A stretch of 64,000 nt of DNA from Eledone cirrhosa (lineage: Eukaryota), in the NCBI GenBank assembly GCA_964016885.1, contig OZ024745.1:68262001-68326000 (forward strand), written 5' to 3'. A program made the position numbers and the translations under genes. Below are positions 46,827 through 61,266 of this stretch, piece by piece. Each line of letters opens with the position of its first letter. Positions within the stretch are counted from its first letter, which is position 1. The notes below the pieces were generated by a model. It did no database searches and had not been told where the DNA came from. It was given only the letters and a program-made list of their open reading frames with translations.

Positions 46827-48064
46827 TATACATTTAACTTAAAAATAAACGTCCAGTTGATCGAACAAGTGAACAGATTACTCATCGCCGGAATCGATGG
46901 GAATCCATCATCATCATCATCATCATCATCAACACTATCATCATCATCATCATCACCACTCAGATACACAGTTTGCTGCTACTTCTCAGATTCTCTAGAT
47001 GTCATTTTGACATTCCCATCTCTACCCGCTCTAATACAATTTTTCTTAATGTTTTGTTTTAATGATAAAATAATTCGTAAACTTAAACATTTCTTCAGCT
47101 GTTCTTGTTCTTAGAGCTGTTTTTTAAAACATGAAAATCTTCTTGAGTGGAGCCTTTGGCAAGATATCTTACAAAGCACTAAATTAGAATTAGCTGCAAT
47201 GTCTTTGTTCTCACCCACTTGTAGAAAAAAAAACCTAGAAAAAAACCTGGCTGTTCTGTATCCTAGCAACAAGAGATTCTTCAATATTTTTTTTTCATTT
47301 CGTCAACGTATCGTTTAAATATATTACTAGATATAGGTATTACAGCAAATATATTACGTCCATTTCGTTCAGCTACTTGGATGGTCATAAAACTCAATGC
47401 AAAGATTATTAACTTTGCTCGATACTATACAGCGAATTAGTTGAGTCGTTAGACTATTCACATAGAAGTTGTACTTTATTCGTTGCGGCTCTTTGTGTGC
47501 TTTGTTCAGATCTCACCGGCTTCCATTTTGCTTTTCATCCTTTTGCGGGGTCAATCCATACAATACTAGCCTAGCACTGGAGCCGTTTCCTCCTGTATAT
47601 ATATTTTCTTTATTTCTCTGGAAACTTCATTAGAGACCAAAACGAAGTTCGTATTATATTGTCTTATGTGCAGAACATAATTCACCCCCCCCCCCCTACT
47701 CCTCCTTCTACCACCACCTTCATAATGGAGAAAGCATATTGATAAAGACCGATAACTCTTGTAGTTTGATCCATGTTTACTAACGGATGGAAAGAAGTAC
47801 ATCTGCAAGTCGTAAGAACGAAATACAAGTTTTAGTCGAACTATTTCTTATCAATTACTTTCAAATAAACTGTTGTTGTTGTTGTGGTTGTGGTTGTTGT
47901 TGTTGTCGTTGTCGTTGTTGTTGTTGTTGTTGTTGTTCTTCTTCTTCTTCTTCTTGGAAGCAGTAACAACAACAGCAGCAACACCACCATCACCATCCTC
48001 CTCCTCACCAGTCAGTTAACAATAATAGTAGTAGTAGTAGTAGTAGTAGTAGTAGCAGTAGTAC

Positions 48065-48100
<36 letters not shown>

Positions 48101-48117
48101 TAGTATTATTATTATTA

Positions 48118-48295
48118 GGGTCAGACGCCATGCTTCCCAGCATAGTTACGTCCCTTTATGATCTGAGTTCAAATCCCGCCGAGGTTGACGTTGCCTTTCA
48201 TCCTTACGGGGTCGATAAAATAAAGTACCAGTAATGCACTGGGTAATTTGCTGGCCTTGTGCCTAAAGTAGAAACAATTATTATTATTATTATTA
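48118..48295 (+). mobile_element. 5'-truncated SINE with (ATT)n tail
   Basis: GGGTCAGACGCCATGC...GAGTTCAAATCCCGCC...GAAACAATTATTATT. Confidence 0.85.
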
Positions 48296-48554
48296 CAACT
48301 AGTAGTCGTAACTACTGACTGAATTGCCTGCTTCTGAAGTTCAAAAGTAGAAATGACACCTTTTTACCCGAGTATTACCGAATAATAAATTACTGAGAAG
48401 GTAAATAATTAATTATCACAAGTAGATATTTAGTAGAGTCCTCCAACAGATGGCTCATTAATTATTACAGGTAAAATATGCATAAGAAATGTCGAGAAGA
48501 GATGTGAGCAAGTGTACATAAGGAAAATATGTCGTTTCATGTATATATGTATCA

Positions 48555-48756
48555 TTGTTGTTGTTGTTGTTGCTACTGATGTTGCAGCTGTTGTTTTTGT
48601 TGTTGTTGTTATTGTTGTTGTTGTTACTGATGTAGCAGCTGTTGTTGTTGTTGTTGTCGTTGTTGTTGTCGTTGTTGTTGTTGCTACTGATGTTGCTGCT
48701 GTTGTTGTTGTTGCGTTGTTGTTGTTGTTGTTGTTGCTGCTGTTGTTTGTGTTGTT

Positions 48757-48795
<39 letters not shown>

Positions 48796-49940
48796 ACTGA
48801 TGTTGCTGCTGTTGTTTTTGTTGTTATTGTTGTTGTTGTTGTTACTGATGTAGCAGCTGTTGTTGTTGTTGTTGTCGTTGTTTTTGTTGTTATTGTTGTT
48901 GTTGTTGTTACTGATGTAGTACTGATGTAGCAGCTGTTGTTGTTATTGTTGTTGTTGTTGTTGTCGTTGTTGTTGTGGCAGTTGTTGTTGTCGTTATTGT
49001 TGTTGTAAGAGTCGTTACTATTGCTAGTTTTTGTTGTTGTTGCTGCTGTTGTTGTTGCTGTTGCTGGTGTAGCAGTTGTTGTTGTTGTAGTTGTTGTTGT
49101 TGATGTTATCGTTGTTGTCGTTATTGTTGTTGTAACAGTCGTTACTATTGCTAGTTTTTGTTGTTGTTGCTGTTGTTGTTGTTGTTGCTGATGTAGCAGT
49201 TGTTGTTGTTGTAGTTGTTGTTATTGTTGTCGTTGTAGCAGTTGTTGTTGTCGTTATTGTTGTTGTAACATGTGTTACTATTGTTGTTGTTGTTGTTGTT
49301 GCTGATTAGCAGTTGTTGTTGTTGTTGTAGTTGTTGTTGTTGTCGTTGTAGCAGTTGTTGTTATCGTTATTGTTGTTGTAACAGGTGATACTATTGTTAT
49401 TGTTGTTGTTATGTTGTTGTTGTTGTTGTTGTTGTTGCTGGTGAAGCAGTTGTCTTTATTGCTCTTTTTGCTGTTGTTGTTGTTGTTGTTGTTGTTGACG
49501 ATGTTGTTGTTGTTGTTGTTGTTGTTGTAGCAGTTGTTACTATTGTTATTGTTGTTGTCGTTGTTAAAGAAGCGTTTGCTATTATTGTTGTTACTACTGC
49601 TGTCGCTGTTGCAACTGTTGCTGCTGCTATTACTGTTGCTGTTGTTGCTGCTGCTGTTGCAACTATTGCTATTGTTGCTGCTGTTGCTGTTGTTGTTGTT
49701 AGTATACAGCTGTTGCTATTGTTGGTTTTTGCTGCTTCTGTTTCCTTCTCTGTTGTTATTGTTGTTGTTGTTGTTGTTGTTGCTGCTGTTGCTGTTGTTG
49801 TTGTTGTTACTGCAGCTGTTGCTATTGTTGTTTTTGCTGCTTCTGTTTCCGTCGCTGTTGTTATTGTTGTTATTGTTGTTGTTGTTGTTGTTGTTGTTGC
49901 TGCTGTCGCTGTTTTGGCTGGTGCTTTTATTATTGATGTT
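48555..49940. repeat. ~1.4-kb degenerate (GTT/GCT)n array
   Basis: Directly visible, with higher-order sub-repeats. Confidence 0.95.
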
Positions 49941-50171
49941 GTCTTACTTTTTGGTATCACACTAAAGCTTCTTTCTCTATTTTTTTTTTATTTAAATAAC
50001 AAATTCATCTTGCTTACGCCGCCAAAGAGAAGGTGTAGCCTGAGTCATTCAAGGCGTCTTTGAAGAAGAAGATGTCTGGGAATGTTTGAAGCTTTCTGAG
50101 GGTATAATGTCTCCATTTACCATGGCTAAACACCATCTATTCGGCTGCGTTTGACCTTGATATATATATAT

Positions 50172-50213
<42 letters not shown>

Positions 50214-50412
50214 TTATTAAAATAACAGATTAAAGTTTAAGCAAAGAATCGCTGCTTTCACCCTTAACGGGATCTTCTGAAACTCAAATAAATATTTGCT
50301 CTACGGTTCTTATATATTTGATATATATTTATCCTTATCGAGCCCTCTTTGGATTTTAGTCTTCAAATTTATTATTATTACTATATATATATATGTATAT
50401 ATATATATATAC

Positions 50413-50489
<77 letters not shown>

Positions 50490-53219
50490 CAGGATATAAA
50501 CAGTTTGAAATTAATTAGACTATTACTCAATAGAGTACTCGGTGCTTGGGGTAGAAGAGCATGGCTATATTATAAAGAGTCGGAACCCGAAGGCTGAGTA
50601 TTTGCCGTTTCAACATTTAGTTCCAAACTCATTTCGTGTGACATTTAACCATGAAATAGCTAGAGTCATTACTTTGAATTTTTGTGATTACTTGCTTTTC
50701 CAACGTTAGACAGCACTCTGCTGTCACTGTTAGCCAAGCTATCGTTGCCTCTCTTCAACATTTTTCTCTAATTCCTCTATTTTTTCCAGCATTCCCCCTT
50801 GAAACGATATAACAAGCTAGCGCCCACACGACTCACCCAAAGGTCGTCGTGGGATGTCTGAGTGACATAAATTATTAAATCATAGTGAGACATTGGAAGA
50901 AAACAGGAAATGTGGCTTGGAAGCCAACGTGTCAAAGTGTCTTTCATCTCATTTACGGAAGAACTGGTCGCAGTATTGCACGTAAACAGAACCCTTTACA
51001 ATGTTACAGTAATTTCGAAGTTAGCACTTTGAGTTACAGTTACAATACCTCTTGTACTATAGTATGAGTGACTGAATATTCCATAGTCATATGTATCCTT
51101 GACTAAATTCTTAAGGAGATTTAGAGTGACAGTGTATGACAAAGCTTTAAATTACAACTACAGACAACCCAATGGGATTCCAGGCAGTTTCCGCCCAGCC
51201 AGCTTCACTTAGAAGGCTTGGGTTGACTTAAGACTAAAGTATAGACATTTGCTCAACATGCCACGCGGTGGGCTCGAACCAAGGACCTTATATTTTGTAG
51301 CAAACATTTAACCACCCAGTCATTGTGCATATCTATAAGTTCTACATTAGTTTCAATAGAAAATTCTAAAACACATAATTATTTCTAGCATGTTTCTAAC
51401 AAGGTCACACCTTTTTAAGAATTAAATGGTCGCTTAGACCGCACTACATTACTGGTACTTATTTTTACTGACCTCGAAATGATGATGATGAGATATGAAC
51501 TCACGTTGAGAAATAATGTAATTTAATATCGAAAATATAGCCAGCTTCTTCTACAATATGTGTTCCCTTTCTTCAGTTATACATCCCATTTTTTCAAATA
51601 AAATAATTTCAACTTCAGACACACAGTCCACATTCATCCATGCCAAATCCTGTGACAGGTCATAACACCATACGACAGTGCACAGCTTTGCATATTTCCA
51701 CAGTGCTGCTCCACGCCGGATCAATATATTTATTAATCGCAAGAAATTATTGTACACTTAAAATACTTATACAGATTTGTATCAAACTGAGATCCTTTAT
51801 AGTTAAGTAATGCACCGCTCTGAGGTCTGTGCTAAGTTAGCTTTAACGTTAGCGGCGCTCTTACATATTTTTTAGAAACATATTTTTCGAGAAGTCCATG
51901 AATGACCTTCATTTATCAGAATGTTCTGAAAAGTTTATAAAGTACATATTCAAGTTTAGTAAGACTATTATTAACTCTTATAAAAGATAGCTTTCATTTC
52001 CACTCCCCCCAAGATATCTAATTCATGCTAAATGTTCACTCTACCTTCTGGCCATCAAATTTCGAATAGAGAATAATACATCGGCTTTATCTAAATGGAT
52101 TGTCGTTGAACAGTATGTGTTGTTCGCTTTATCTTTTGTTTATTTTTCTCATTGTTTGTTTTCTAATGGGAAACATAGAAATATGGCTGGAATATTCTAC
52201 AATAAATCAACATTAACGTGCAGCCATTAACTTGCGTTGTTTCTCTCTCTCTCTCGAATAGTTTTAATGTTGAACGAGAGAAACAAGAATTGCTGCTATA
52301 TAATCTAGCTACAACCAAGGACGGCCAATGACATAGCTACAAAGCAGTCATTGTTTGGTTTAAATATATCGATATTTTATATTTTCTAGAGTAAATTATC
52401 CGACATTATCGTTGTTTCTGGATTTCACTTACACAAATACTAAAGAATATATTTGTTGTTATTTTTAAAGCTTTAGCTTTGCTTTTCTTTTCTTTTTATC
52501 TTTTATTCTTTTATTGTGTTCGTGGCTAAGGCATTTAACTCTTAGTTAACTAAGCTAGGTGTTGTGTTGTTTGTCCATGAATTTGACTACCTGATTAGTT
52601 TGGTTTTATGTGTCCATAGATGACTAGCATGTTGGCTACTTACACAGCGGTCACACATGTTTGACATGTTTTGTGGCTTCTTTGAAGTGCCAGTTGAGCA
52701 ACGTTTTCGGAGCTCTCGTTTTATTTCCGCTGTTTGGTTGCGTATCTTTTGCGAGGATTTTCCGTCTTTATGAACGAGGATACGCCACAAGAGCCTACTC
52801 TGAGCCAGCTATTCCCCTCACTCTGCTTAATCATTATCTATAAACTGTAAATCTCTAGAATTCATTCAAAGGAACCAATCGTCAATCGGACTAAGGAAAG
52901 AATGTTTACTTTGGTCTTTCCACTGTTGATGATATCTGCCAGTGGTAACACCGGCTGAAAGAGTGGAAATTTGAATTCCAAATATACAGAGTTGGATCAG
53001 TTACAAACTCATTAACAATTTTCCAAATCCACTGACCCTCAACTAGTATTTTTTATCGACCTCGAAGAGATGAAAGGCAAAGTTGACTTCGGCAGGGTTT
53101 GAACTCGAAACACAGTGAGCCTTAAAAGGTATCAATTTAATCTGACTCCCACCCACCTCCTCCTCCCACAAGCAACAACAGTAATAACAACTGCGACAGT
53201 AAAGACAACACAGTCTCCT

Positions 53220-53258
<39 letters not shown>

Positions 53259-53263
53259 ATCAT

Positions 53264-53452
53264 TGGTGGATTGGCAGAATCGGTAGAGGGTCAGACGCCA
53301 TGCTTTTCAGCATAGTTATGTCCCTTTACGATCTGAGTTCAAATCCCGCCGAGGTTGACTTTGCCTTTGATCTTCACGGGGTCGATAAAATAAAGTACCA
53401 GTAATGCACTGGGTAATTGCTGGCCTTGTGCCTAAAGTAGAAACAATTATTT
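53264..53452 (+). mobile_element. Full-length SINE
   Basis: GGTGGATTGGCAGAATCGGTAGAGGG...CCTAAAGTAGAAACAATTATT. Confidence 0.88.
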
Positions 53453-53872
53453 GCGAAATTTACCACCAGCTGCGCCGGTATTTCCATAAACATTGTAGGA
53501 ATAGTTCGTTTTGTGAGGTTGTCATGTAGAGCGCCCTGTGATGCTGGGATTGGTGACAAGAACAAGACGTACAATTGGCGGGACTTTGAGAAAGTAAGCA
53601 CCTAGTAGAACAGTTAAGTGAATGTATGTATGTGCGTATGTATGTACGTAGGTATCTACGTATGTAAGAATGTATGTATGCTTGCATGTATGTACGTATG
53701 TATCTATGTATGTATATATGTATATGTGTATGTATGTATATATATATATATGTATATATGTATGTGTGTGTGTATGTATATATATATGTGTATGTATATA
53801 TGTATGTATATATGTATGTGTATATGTATGTATATATATATGTGTATGTATATATGTATGTATATATATATA

Positions 53873-54491
53873 CCAACTGGTGTCAGGTCACCAGTTGGTG
53901 CTATTGGTAACATGTATCCTAGTACAACCTGTCTCATGGTCGGGTCGTTGGCGACTAAACTGGCAACCCCACCAAGGTTTCTTGGTGAGGAGGGTGGCTT
54001 TGGACATCCTGCAGGACTAAAAACAAAACCTGTCAAAAGGCAAAGGGGCTCTTAAGAGTCAATAGCCATCCAAAATCACCGGGAGAGATGACCCTTTAGC
54101 CTTTGTCAAGGCAGAATTCTAGGGGAAGGAAAACTCTGATATAACACCTGCAACCCTGATGGTATCCAATGATGTTGAATTGTTCTTCTTTTTGGTAAAT
54201 ATCATCTTGGTTAAGAGAGTGGAACTGGCTTTGTGCAGTGCCTTTGCTCACTATAAAAGCTTCACAGCACAGGTATTGCTTTATATCTGGAGATCTCTCT
54301 GCACTTGTCGTCACATGGTACCATGGGCCCAGCACTATGTGTCAATAATTGTCACAAGTGTAGTGTTTGTACCAGAGTTTTCAAGTCGCTGGCTGGACTA
54401 AAAAGTCACACTCGTTCAGCGCATTGGTAGGGGTTCTCCTACATGGATATAAAGTAGTGGCCGTACTCGAAAACGAGTTGGCAGCCACCAT
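53873..54491 (+). mobile_element. Non-coding RTE-5'UTR-like element in (TATG)n, copy 1
   Basis: Contains GGGGAAGGAAAACTCTGATATAACACC, a motif I associate with RTE 5' UTRs. It is a close direct repeat of 57079-57640, and both copies end at GCAGCCACC(ATGT)n. Confidence 0.6.
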
Positions 54492-54760
54492 GTATGTACG
54501 TATGTATGTATATAGTATGTATGTACGTATGTAAGAATGTATGTATGCTTGTATGTGTGTATGTATGTACGTAGGTAAGAATGTGTGTATGCTTGTATGT
54601 GTGTATGTATGTATGTATGTACGTATGTATGTATATTCGATCGCAGCGCTGTTAGTTGCTATCGTGTGTGTGTGTGTATAGATATGCTTATGTGTGTGCG
54701 TGTATGTGTATATATATATGTATATGTATATTATTATTGTTGTTGTCGTTATTATTATTG

Positions 54761-54795
<35 letters not shown>

Positions 54796-54867
54796 GTTAT
54801 TAATGTATGTGTGTGTGTGTATGTGTGTGCGTATATGTGTATGTATGTGTGTATGTATATATGTATG

Positions 54868-54905
<38 letters not shown>

Positions 54906-55276
54906 TATTATTTTTTATTTTTTATTTTCTTTTTTATTTATTTATAAATTTTTTTTTTCTCCTCGTGCAATGGCCATACTCGATAACGAGGGGGCAGCCA
55001 TCATGTATGTATATATGTATGTATATACATATCTACCTTCTTGATGTCATTTTAATACCAATGAAAGAGTCTTCTGTCTATGTTAGAAACCGACTCTCTT
55101 TCTATTGGTAAAAATTTATGAAATTCTAGAAGAACATGCATACATGCTTGTTATGTTTGTAGGAAATAATGTATGCATGTATGTGTGTATGTGCATGTGT
55201 ATGTGTGTTGGTGTGTGTGTGTGCAGAGGGAATGAAGGAAGAGAACCTGTAATAGATAAATATAAAGATAAAGAGA

Positions 55277-55335
<59 letters not shown>

Positions 55336-55956
55336 TGTGTGTGTGAGTTAAAAAAGTAGATATAAATATAGACATAGGGATCAAAATAAGGGTGTATATG
55401 GACTAATATAAAATATGTTTACGTATTATTAGCGCACAATCAGCGTCAAAACAGATGGAGTTTCATTTTTTATTCCATATACCTTTATTCTGAATCACAT
55501 TGTGCTAGTGCTATCACTAATATTAATTAAAGTTTCGAAGCTGACATCGAAGTGAAAAGTAATCTGTAAGCAGGGTTGAGCTTTATTGATTTTCCCCGCC
55601 AGTCTTATTTATTTGAAATATTTTCTTTAACAAAATATACCTAGCTGTCGTTTTGATTCTCTCTTCTCTTTTATCAACGGTTTCACCCACGCATGCAGAC
55701 TTCCCTGGAGAAATAGTACATGTGGTGTAGTGAGAGAAAGATCTGCGTGCGCCTATGTCGATTTTTTATATATGCATATGTGTTTGAGTGTGTATGCGCA
55801 TTTGCGTATGACCCTGTGGGGTTCTATATATACATGTGTGTATGTGTGTCTGCGTGTGTGTTTGTGCGCGCCATATATCAAGTTGCATGTCTCTGGTTAG
55901 TTACATACTGACCTTTGTCTTAGATATTTAAAACACTCCTTCTTGTAAACTATGTT

Positions 55957-55997
<41 letters not shown>

Positions 55998-56195
55998 GCA
56001 CTTATATATATATATATATATATATATAGGATAAAAGAGAAAACACAGGTAAGCATTAAAAAAAGGATTTTATCCAGGTATTTACGACCGTTTCATTGGT
56101 AGGTGCAACCTTATATTGCTATACTGCAAATAGCAGCCACTCAATAATAATTGTTGTACACGTCCAAATTTTCAAAATTGCAATTTTCTGCTTCC

Positions 56196-56232
<37 letters not shown>

Positions 56233-56378
56233 TTTTGAGTTTATGTTGGTTGTATACCAACACCTCAGTATGCAGGCTGGAGCCCTCGACGAAGTGCGCA
56301 GGTTGGTTTGGTTACTCCGGAGTAGTGTAAAATAAAGTTAAATAAAAGTCAAATGATTAAAATTTAGCTTCGTTTATT

Positions 56379-56433
56379 ACTGCTATATATATTTCAGTGA
56401 CAGCCATCTTTGGCTGTGACCTCTTCAGGCAGT
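56379..56433 (-). ncRNA. Type I hammerhead ribozyme
   Basis: Exact reverse complement of 56653-56707. Confidence 0.85.
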
Positions 56434-56652
56434 TTGAATTAGTATGGTATAGACAAGTACATATGTTGTTTAGGTGTATAATATTGTCAATACTCTGATA
56501 TGCCCAGTTCCTTGTTGGGTTGTTAATTCACTGGGGAACTGGACCAGTTCCTCAGTGAATTAACAACCCAACAAGGAACTGGGCATATCAGAGTATTGAC
56601 AATATCATACACCTAAATAACATATGTACTTGTCTATACCATACTAATTCAA

Positions 56653-56707
56653 ACTGCCTGAAGAGGTCACAGCCAAAGATGGCTGTCACTGAAATATATA
56701 TAGCAGT
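56653..56707 (+). ncRNA. Type I hammerhead ribozyme
   Basis: actgc-CTGAAGA-ggtcacagcca-aaga-tggctgtcact-GAAA-tatata-TA-gcagt. Confidence 0.85.
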
Positions 56708-57078
56708 AATAAACGAAGCTAAATTTTAATCATTTGACTTATATTTAACTTTATTTCATATATATATATATATGAAATATATATATAGGATGAAAATGTA
56801 CCCAGACCAACCTGTCACTTGGTCGCTTTGGTGCCACGATATAAATGTTGTTGTCATTAGGAAGGACATCCATCCATAGAAATCAAGCCAGAAGCAGTTC
56901 TGTATGAGCAAGATATGGTCACCTGATTTGACCTGTCTCTCAATGGGACAACTCTAATCCATGATAGTATGGAACATGGACGTTAAACAGTGATGATGAT
57001 GATGGTGATATGCACATGCATACATACATACATATGTACATAAGTATGTATGTATGTATGTATGTATGTATGTATGTA

Positions 57079-57640
57079 TGTCTCATGGTCGGGTCGTTGG
57101 CGACTAAACTGGCAACTCCACCAATGTTTCTTGGTGAGGAGGGTGACTTTGGACATCCTGCAGGACTAAAAACAAAACCTGTCAAAGGGCAAGGGAGCTC
57201 TTAAGAGTCAATGGCCATCCAAAATCACCGGGAGAAATGACCCCTTAGACTTTGTCAAGGCAGAATTCTAGGGGAAGGAAAACTCTGATATAACACCTGC
57301 AACCCTCATGGTATCCAATGATGTTGACTTGTTCTTCTTTTTGGTAAATATCATCTTCGTTAAGAGAGTGGGACTGGCTTTGTGCAGTGCCTTTGCTCAC
57401 TATAAAAGATTCACGGCACAGGCATTGCTTTATATCTGGAGATCTCTCTGCACTTGTCGTCACATGGTACCATGGGCCCAGCACTATGTGTCAATAATTG
57501 TCACAAGTGTAGTGTTTGTACCAGAGTTTTCAAGTCGCTGGCTGGACTAAAGAGTCACACTCGTTCAGCTCATCGGTAGAGGTTCTACTACATGGATATA
57601 AAGTAATCGCCGTACTCGAAAACGAGTTGGCAGCCACCAT
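57079..57640 (+). mobile_element. RTE-5'UTR-like element, copy 2
   Basis: Direct repeat of 53930-54491, flanked on both sides by (TATG)n. Confidence 0.65.
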
Positions 57641-59898
57641 GTATGTATGTATGTATGTATGTATGTATGTATGTATGTATGTATGTATGTATGTATGTAT
57701 GTATGTATGTATGTATGTATGTATGTTCTTATAGCTCACACTTATGCAGGTTTAACTGGCCTTCCAAGAAACTGCATTTTATAGGAGGATTCTCGGGTTT
57801 CTAATGCTTGGCTGCCATTGCTATTTTTACAACTCACATACCCAACGAGGTTGTATCTCGTAGGATGTTTCTTATGCGATTTAATTATAGGGTTTCCTGT
57901 GCTGTTGTTGTTGCAGCTGGCCAACTACGAGATTGCAGCTCATACGTTTCTTGAACGTTTTGGTGATGGAGCATTAGTATTGTTGTTGCAGATCACTCCT
58001 TTGCAAATTTAGCGAGACACTTACAGGATTGCATCTCAAAGGCAGTCTAATAGGTGTATTAATGATATTGGCTTAAGTCCTGTAATGAAAATCATCATGA
58101 AATGAAGTATCTTACCCAAGAACACAACGCGACACATGATCTAGGAATCATATGACACGAGTCCATTACTTTAACCGCTAGACCAGAGATGAAATTGACG
58201 ATAAATTCTACAGGAGTTGATTCGAAGGAAGCAATGTAGATACGGCCATGAAGGAGCACTATATGATGAAGAATTTGTGTCTGGCACTGAGATATTTTAA
58301 AGTATGTTTGTTTCTTAAGAACCTAACAGTTTGTAACCCACTACAGTGATTACAATGATTTTAAAGTCTACAAATTTTCTATTTGTGTATAATATATCTA
58401 TAGCTGCTTCGGAGAAAGGTAAACATTGCTATGCAGGAATTTGTGACTAAAACTGACCGTATTTTAATGTTAGATCCTGAAAATTGCTAGATCGTTAGAT
58501 AGAATACTTTGCGGTATTCGTTTCGGCTCTATGCACTCTCAGTTAAAGTTTGCCGAGATCAAATGCGCTTTTCAACCTTATGTGATCGATAAATAAAGTG
58601 CCAATTAAATACTGTGGTCGATTCTTCTATATTTCTTTCTTCTTTTTCTTTTTCTCTCCATCTCTCTCTTTCTCTTTGTTATTTCTCTGGAAGAAATAAG
58701 CTGCCTTTAATTTTAAAAGCTGCCTTTAATTTTAAAAGCCCAAAGCACAAACAATGTCACAATGGGACTCCTAGGACTACCAATAGTTTGAAGGGCTATG
58801 GATAGATATTTTAATGTAGAACCATTTATGAAAACTGTCAGTTTGTAACTCGCCATAGAGATGCCAACCACTATAAATTCTATGCGTTTTCTTGGGTGTT
58901 ATTTATATTTTTTAGTTCGAAACAGTGTGATGTGGCCATGCTGAAGCACACCCTGATGAAGAATGTAGCAACAGAACTTCGCTAGTGAACGATATTTCTT
59001 TGTATGGTTGTGAAAGGTTTATATCTGTTGCCATGGTTGTCTTCTATAACGGTGGAGGTATCACAGAGAGGGCAGTGTGCCAAACTGCATTTTTCAGCCT
59101 GTGGTATTAGAAATGTTCGAGGTAACTGACTCACTGACAACAAAGTTTTTGCCACATTATTGGTGGCCTGTCCTACTTAAGTATTAGGTGATGCCCATGG
59201 AGCTGCTTGGCTGTTCCAGCGTTTTGTCTCATTATCACCTACGAATACTACAAAGCCTTCTATCCGACGTACTAACGACTCTGCCAATTCACCGCCTTTA
59301 TTTATGATGGCATAATAAAAATGGCTTTTTCTCTCTCGTTGTAGTGAGTAAGTATTTTAGTAAGTTCTAGTTAAAATGAGTTCAACTCCCATTGAGATCA
59401 GCGCTGCCTTTAGTCCCTTCGTGGTCGATAAATAAATTACCAGTGGGCTGGTGGAATTCTTGAAGTGTCAGACTAGAAATTTTATGATTCTGATCCGGCT
59501 CTATGAGTTCAAATCCCTCTTTCTTCTGTCAGGTGTTGTGACGGACAGAGAATATCTATCAGCAACAGAAAGACTAATGGAAACATAGTTTCCTTGGTCA
59601 GATCTGACAATCGCTTCCTTTCCCTTTTTTCAGTTAAAACGACATAGTAAACATACCACGTGTAATGTTTCGAGTGGCTATTTCTTGATAAGCATCATGT
59701 GTCACAAGCTTTTAGCCAACCAACTCAACAAGCTTCATTTTTGTTTCTTAGTATGATTAATTCACGAAGAAAAACAGCGGAAACGCTTCTAGAATGTAGC
59801 TTTTAATGGAAATTTGGACAACCCCAAAATGTCAATAATGTTTATATTGGCTGATAGGTAAATGAAATTTCGTAGTTTCTTCCACTTAACTTAAGGCA

Positions 59899-59984
<86 letters not shown>

Positions 59985-61070
59985 AGAGATGAAATCTAAA
60001 GGAAATTAATAAATATAGATACTGACATTTTGAAGGACATATACAATAACCTCCCTCGGACTAACAATCAGAATTGTACAACTATACAAGATTCGCACGT
60101 ATGCAGGCGTTTGCTGCTAGGATTGCAATCTACTTACAACTAGTTGGACACAGGCGTATGTACCCACACGTATGCATATAAACTCCCTATAGGCATCGAA
60201 AGACGACGTTGTGGTGTGAAATTACGTGGCCTGTTTACCCTAAACACATTTCTCAGCATGTTAAAGAGTATATAGCGCTACTAAATTATTTAAGGCCAAT
60301 TATATTAGTGTAGAACATATATTTCTAAACGGCGGTGAATCGGCAAAGTCATTAGAATGTTGCGTAGAATTCTTTGCAGTATTCGTGTCGGCTCTTTGCT
60401 CTGTAAATTCAAATCCCGCCGAGGTCAACTTTGGATTTCATCCATTCGAGGTCGATAAAAGAAAGTACTTGGGTAGGTTCTTCCTCTATTTCTCTTTCTC
60501 ACTTCATTCTCTCACTCTCTCTATCCTTCCCTGGAAGAAATCTGCTGTATTCAGACAAGGAGATGGCTGGGCTCCGCCAGGTTTACAAAAGGCCCTAGAA
60601 ACGCCGTATGTCAATATTGAATTTACAATCAGAACCTAAACAGTTGTAAGTAAATATCCCAAAGTATATTGTCAGAAATTCTAACGATTATGGCAATCCA
60701 CTACCCGTTGTGACCACTATAATTAATGCATGTTCCAGTAGCTCCTTGAGCCTTTGACTATGTTAGAAGAGCTCCTTGTGTTTCTAATTGTTACTAATTC
60801 TACTAGTAGTAGTCTGACGATAACTTTATATGTATGACATGCTGTGTTGAGTAGGTTTGTATACATACTGCGATTGTCATCAATTGACATTTATTATTTG
60901 CGAGTAAACCCATAATTAGATAGCAAGTTAAGTACCGTGACCACTGCATGTTTCGTTAGCTCCTTGAGACGCCAGCCATTACTGGCTCTTTTAACCAAAT
61001 CTATAATACAAGCAGTACACTGAAAGTAACTTTATACGTATGGGCTGCTATCCTTGTTTTGTGCATATTA

Positions 61071-61266
61071 CAGATCTGCCAACCTCTAAAAACCCAAACG
61101 GGGGAGTATCATGACAAACAGTTCCCCAAAACGGGTAGAAATGAAGCAAAACGGGGAGATTTTATATAATGAATGCTATACCCATTTTCACAAGAGAAGA
61201 CATCTCTGATCCACTCCAAAGTGGGTTGGAGATCACCTTGTCGGATGGGATGAGTTGACAGGTCTG
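61071..61266. mobile_element. MITE, second copy, in opposite orientation
   Basis: CAGATCTGCCAAC...GTTGACAGGTCTG, flanked by ATATTA at 61065-61070 and 61267-61272. Confidence 0.85.

Larger units (their letters stand above)
56330..56756. repeat. Near-perfect ~430-bp palindrome (tail-to-tail pLTR) carrying two HHRs
   Basis: Centre GGAACTGG-A-CCAGTTCC at ~56543; arms ~210 bp. Confidence 0.93.

Noticed and set aside
51551-52843. Unique-looking segments with short ORFs as possible host exons or a promoter
   Set aside because: There is no recognisable protein similarity or consistent splice signal, and they cannot be supported without RNA-seq or homology searches.
57742-57924. Possible PLE linker peptide (NPIIKSHKK...SCKN)
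   Set aside because: The resemblance is too weak and short to support.
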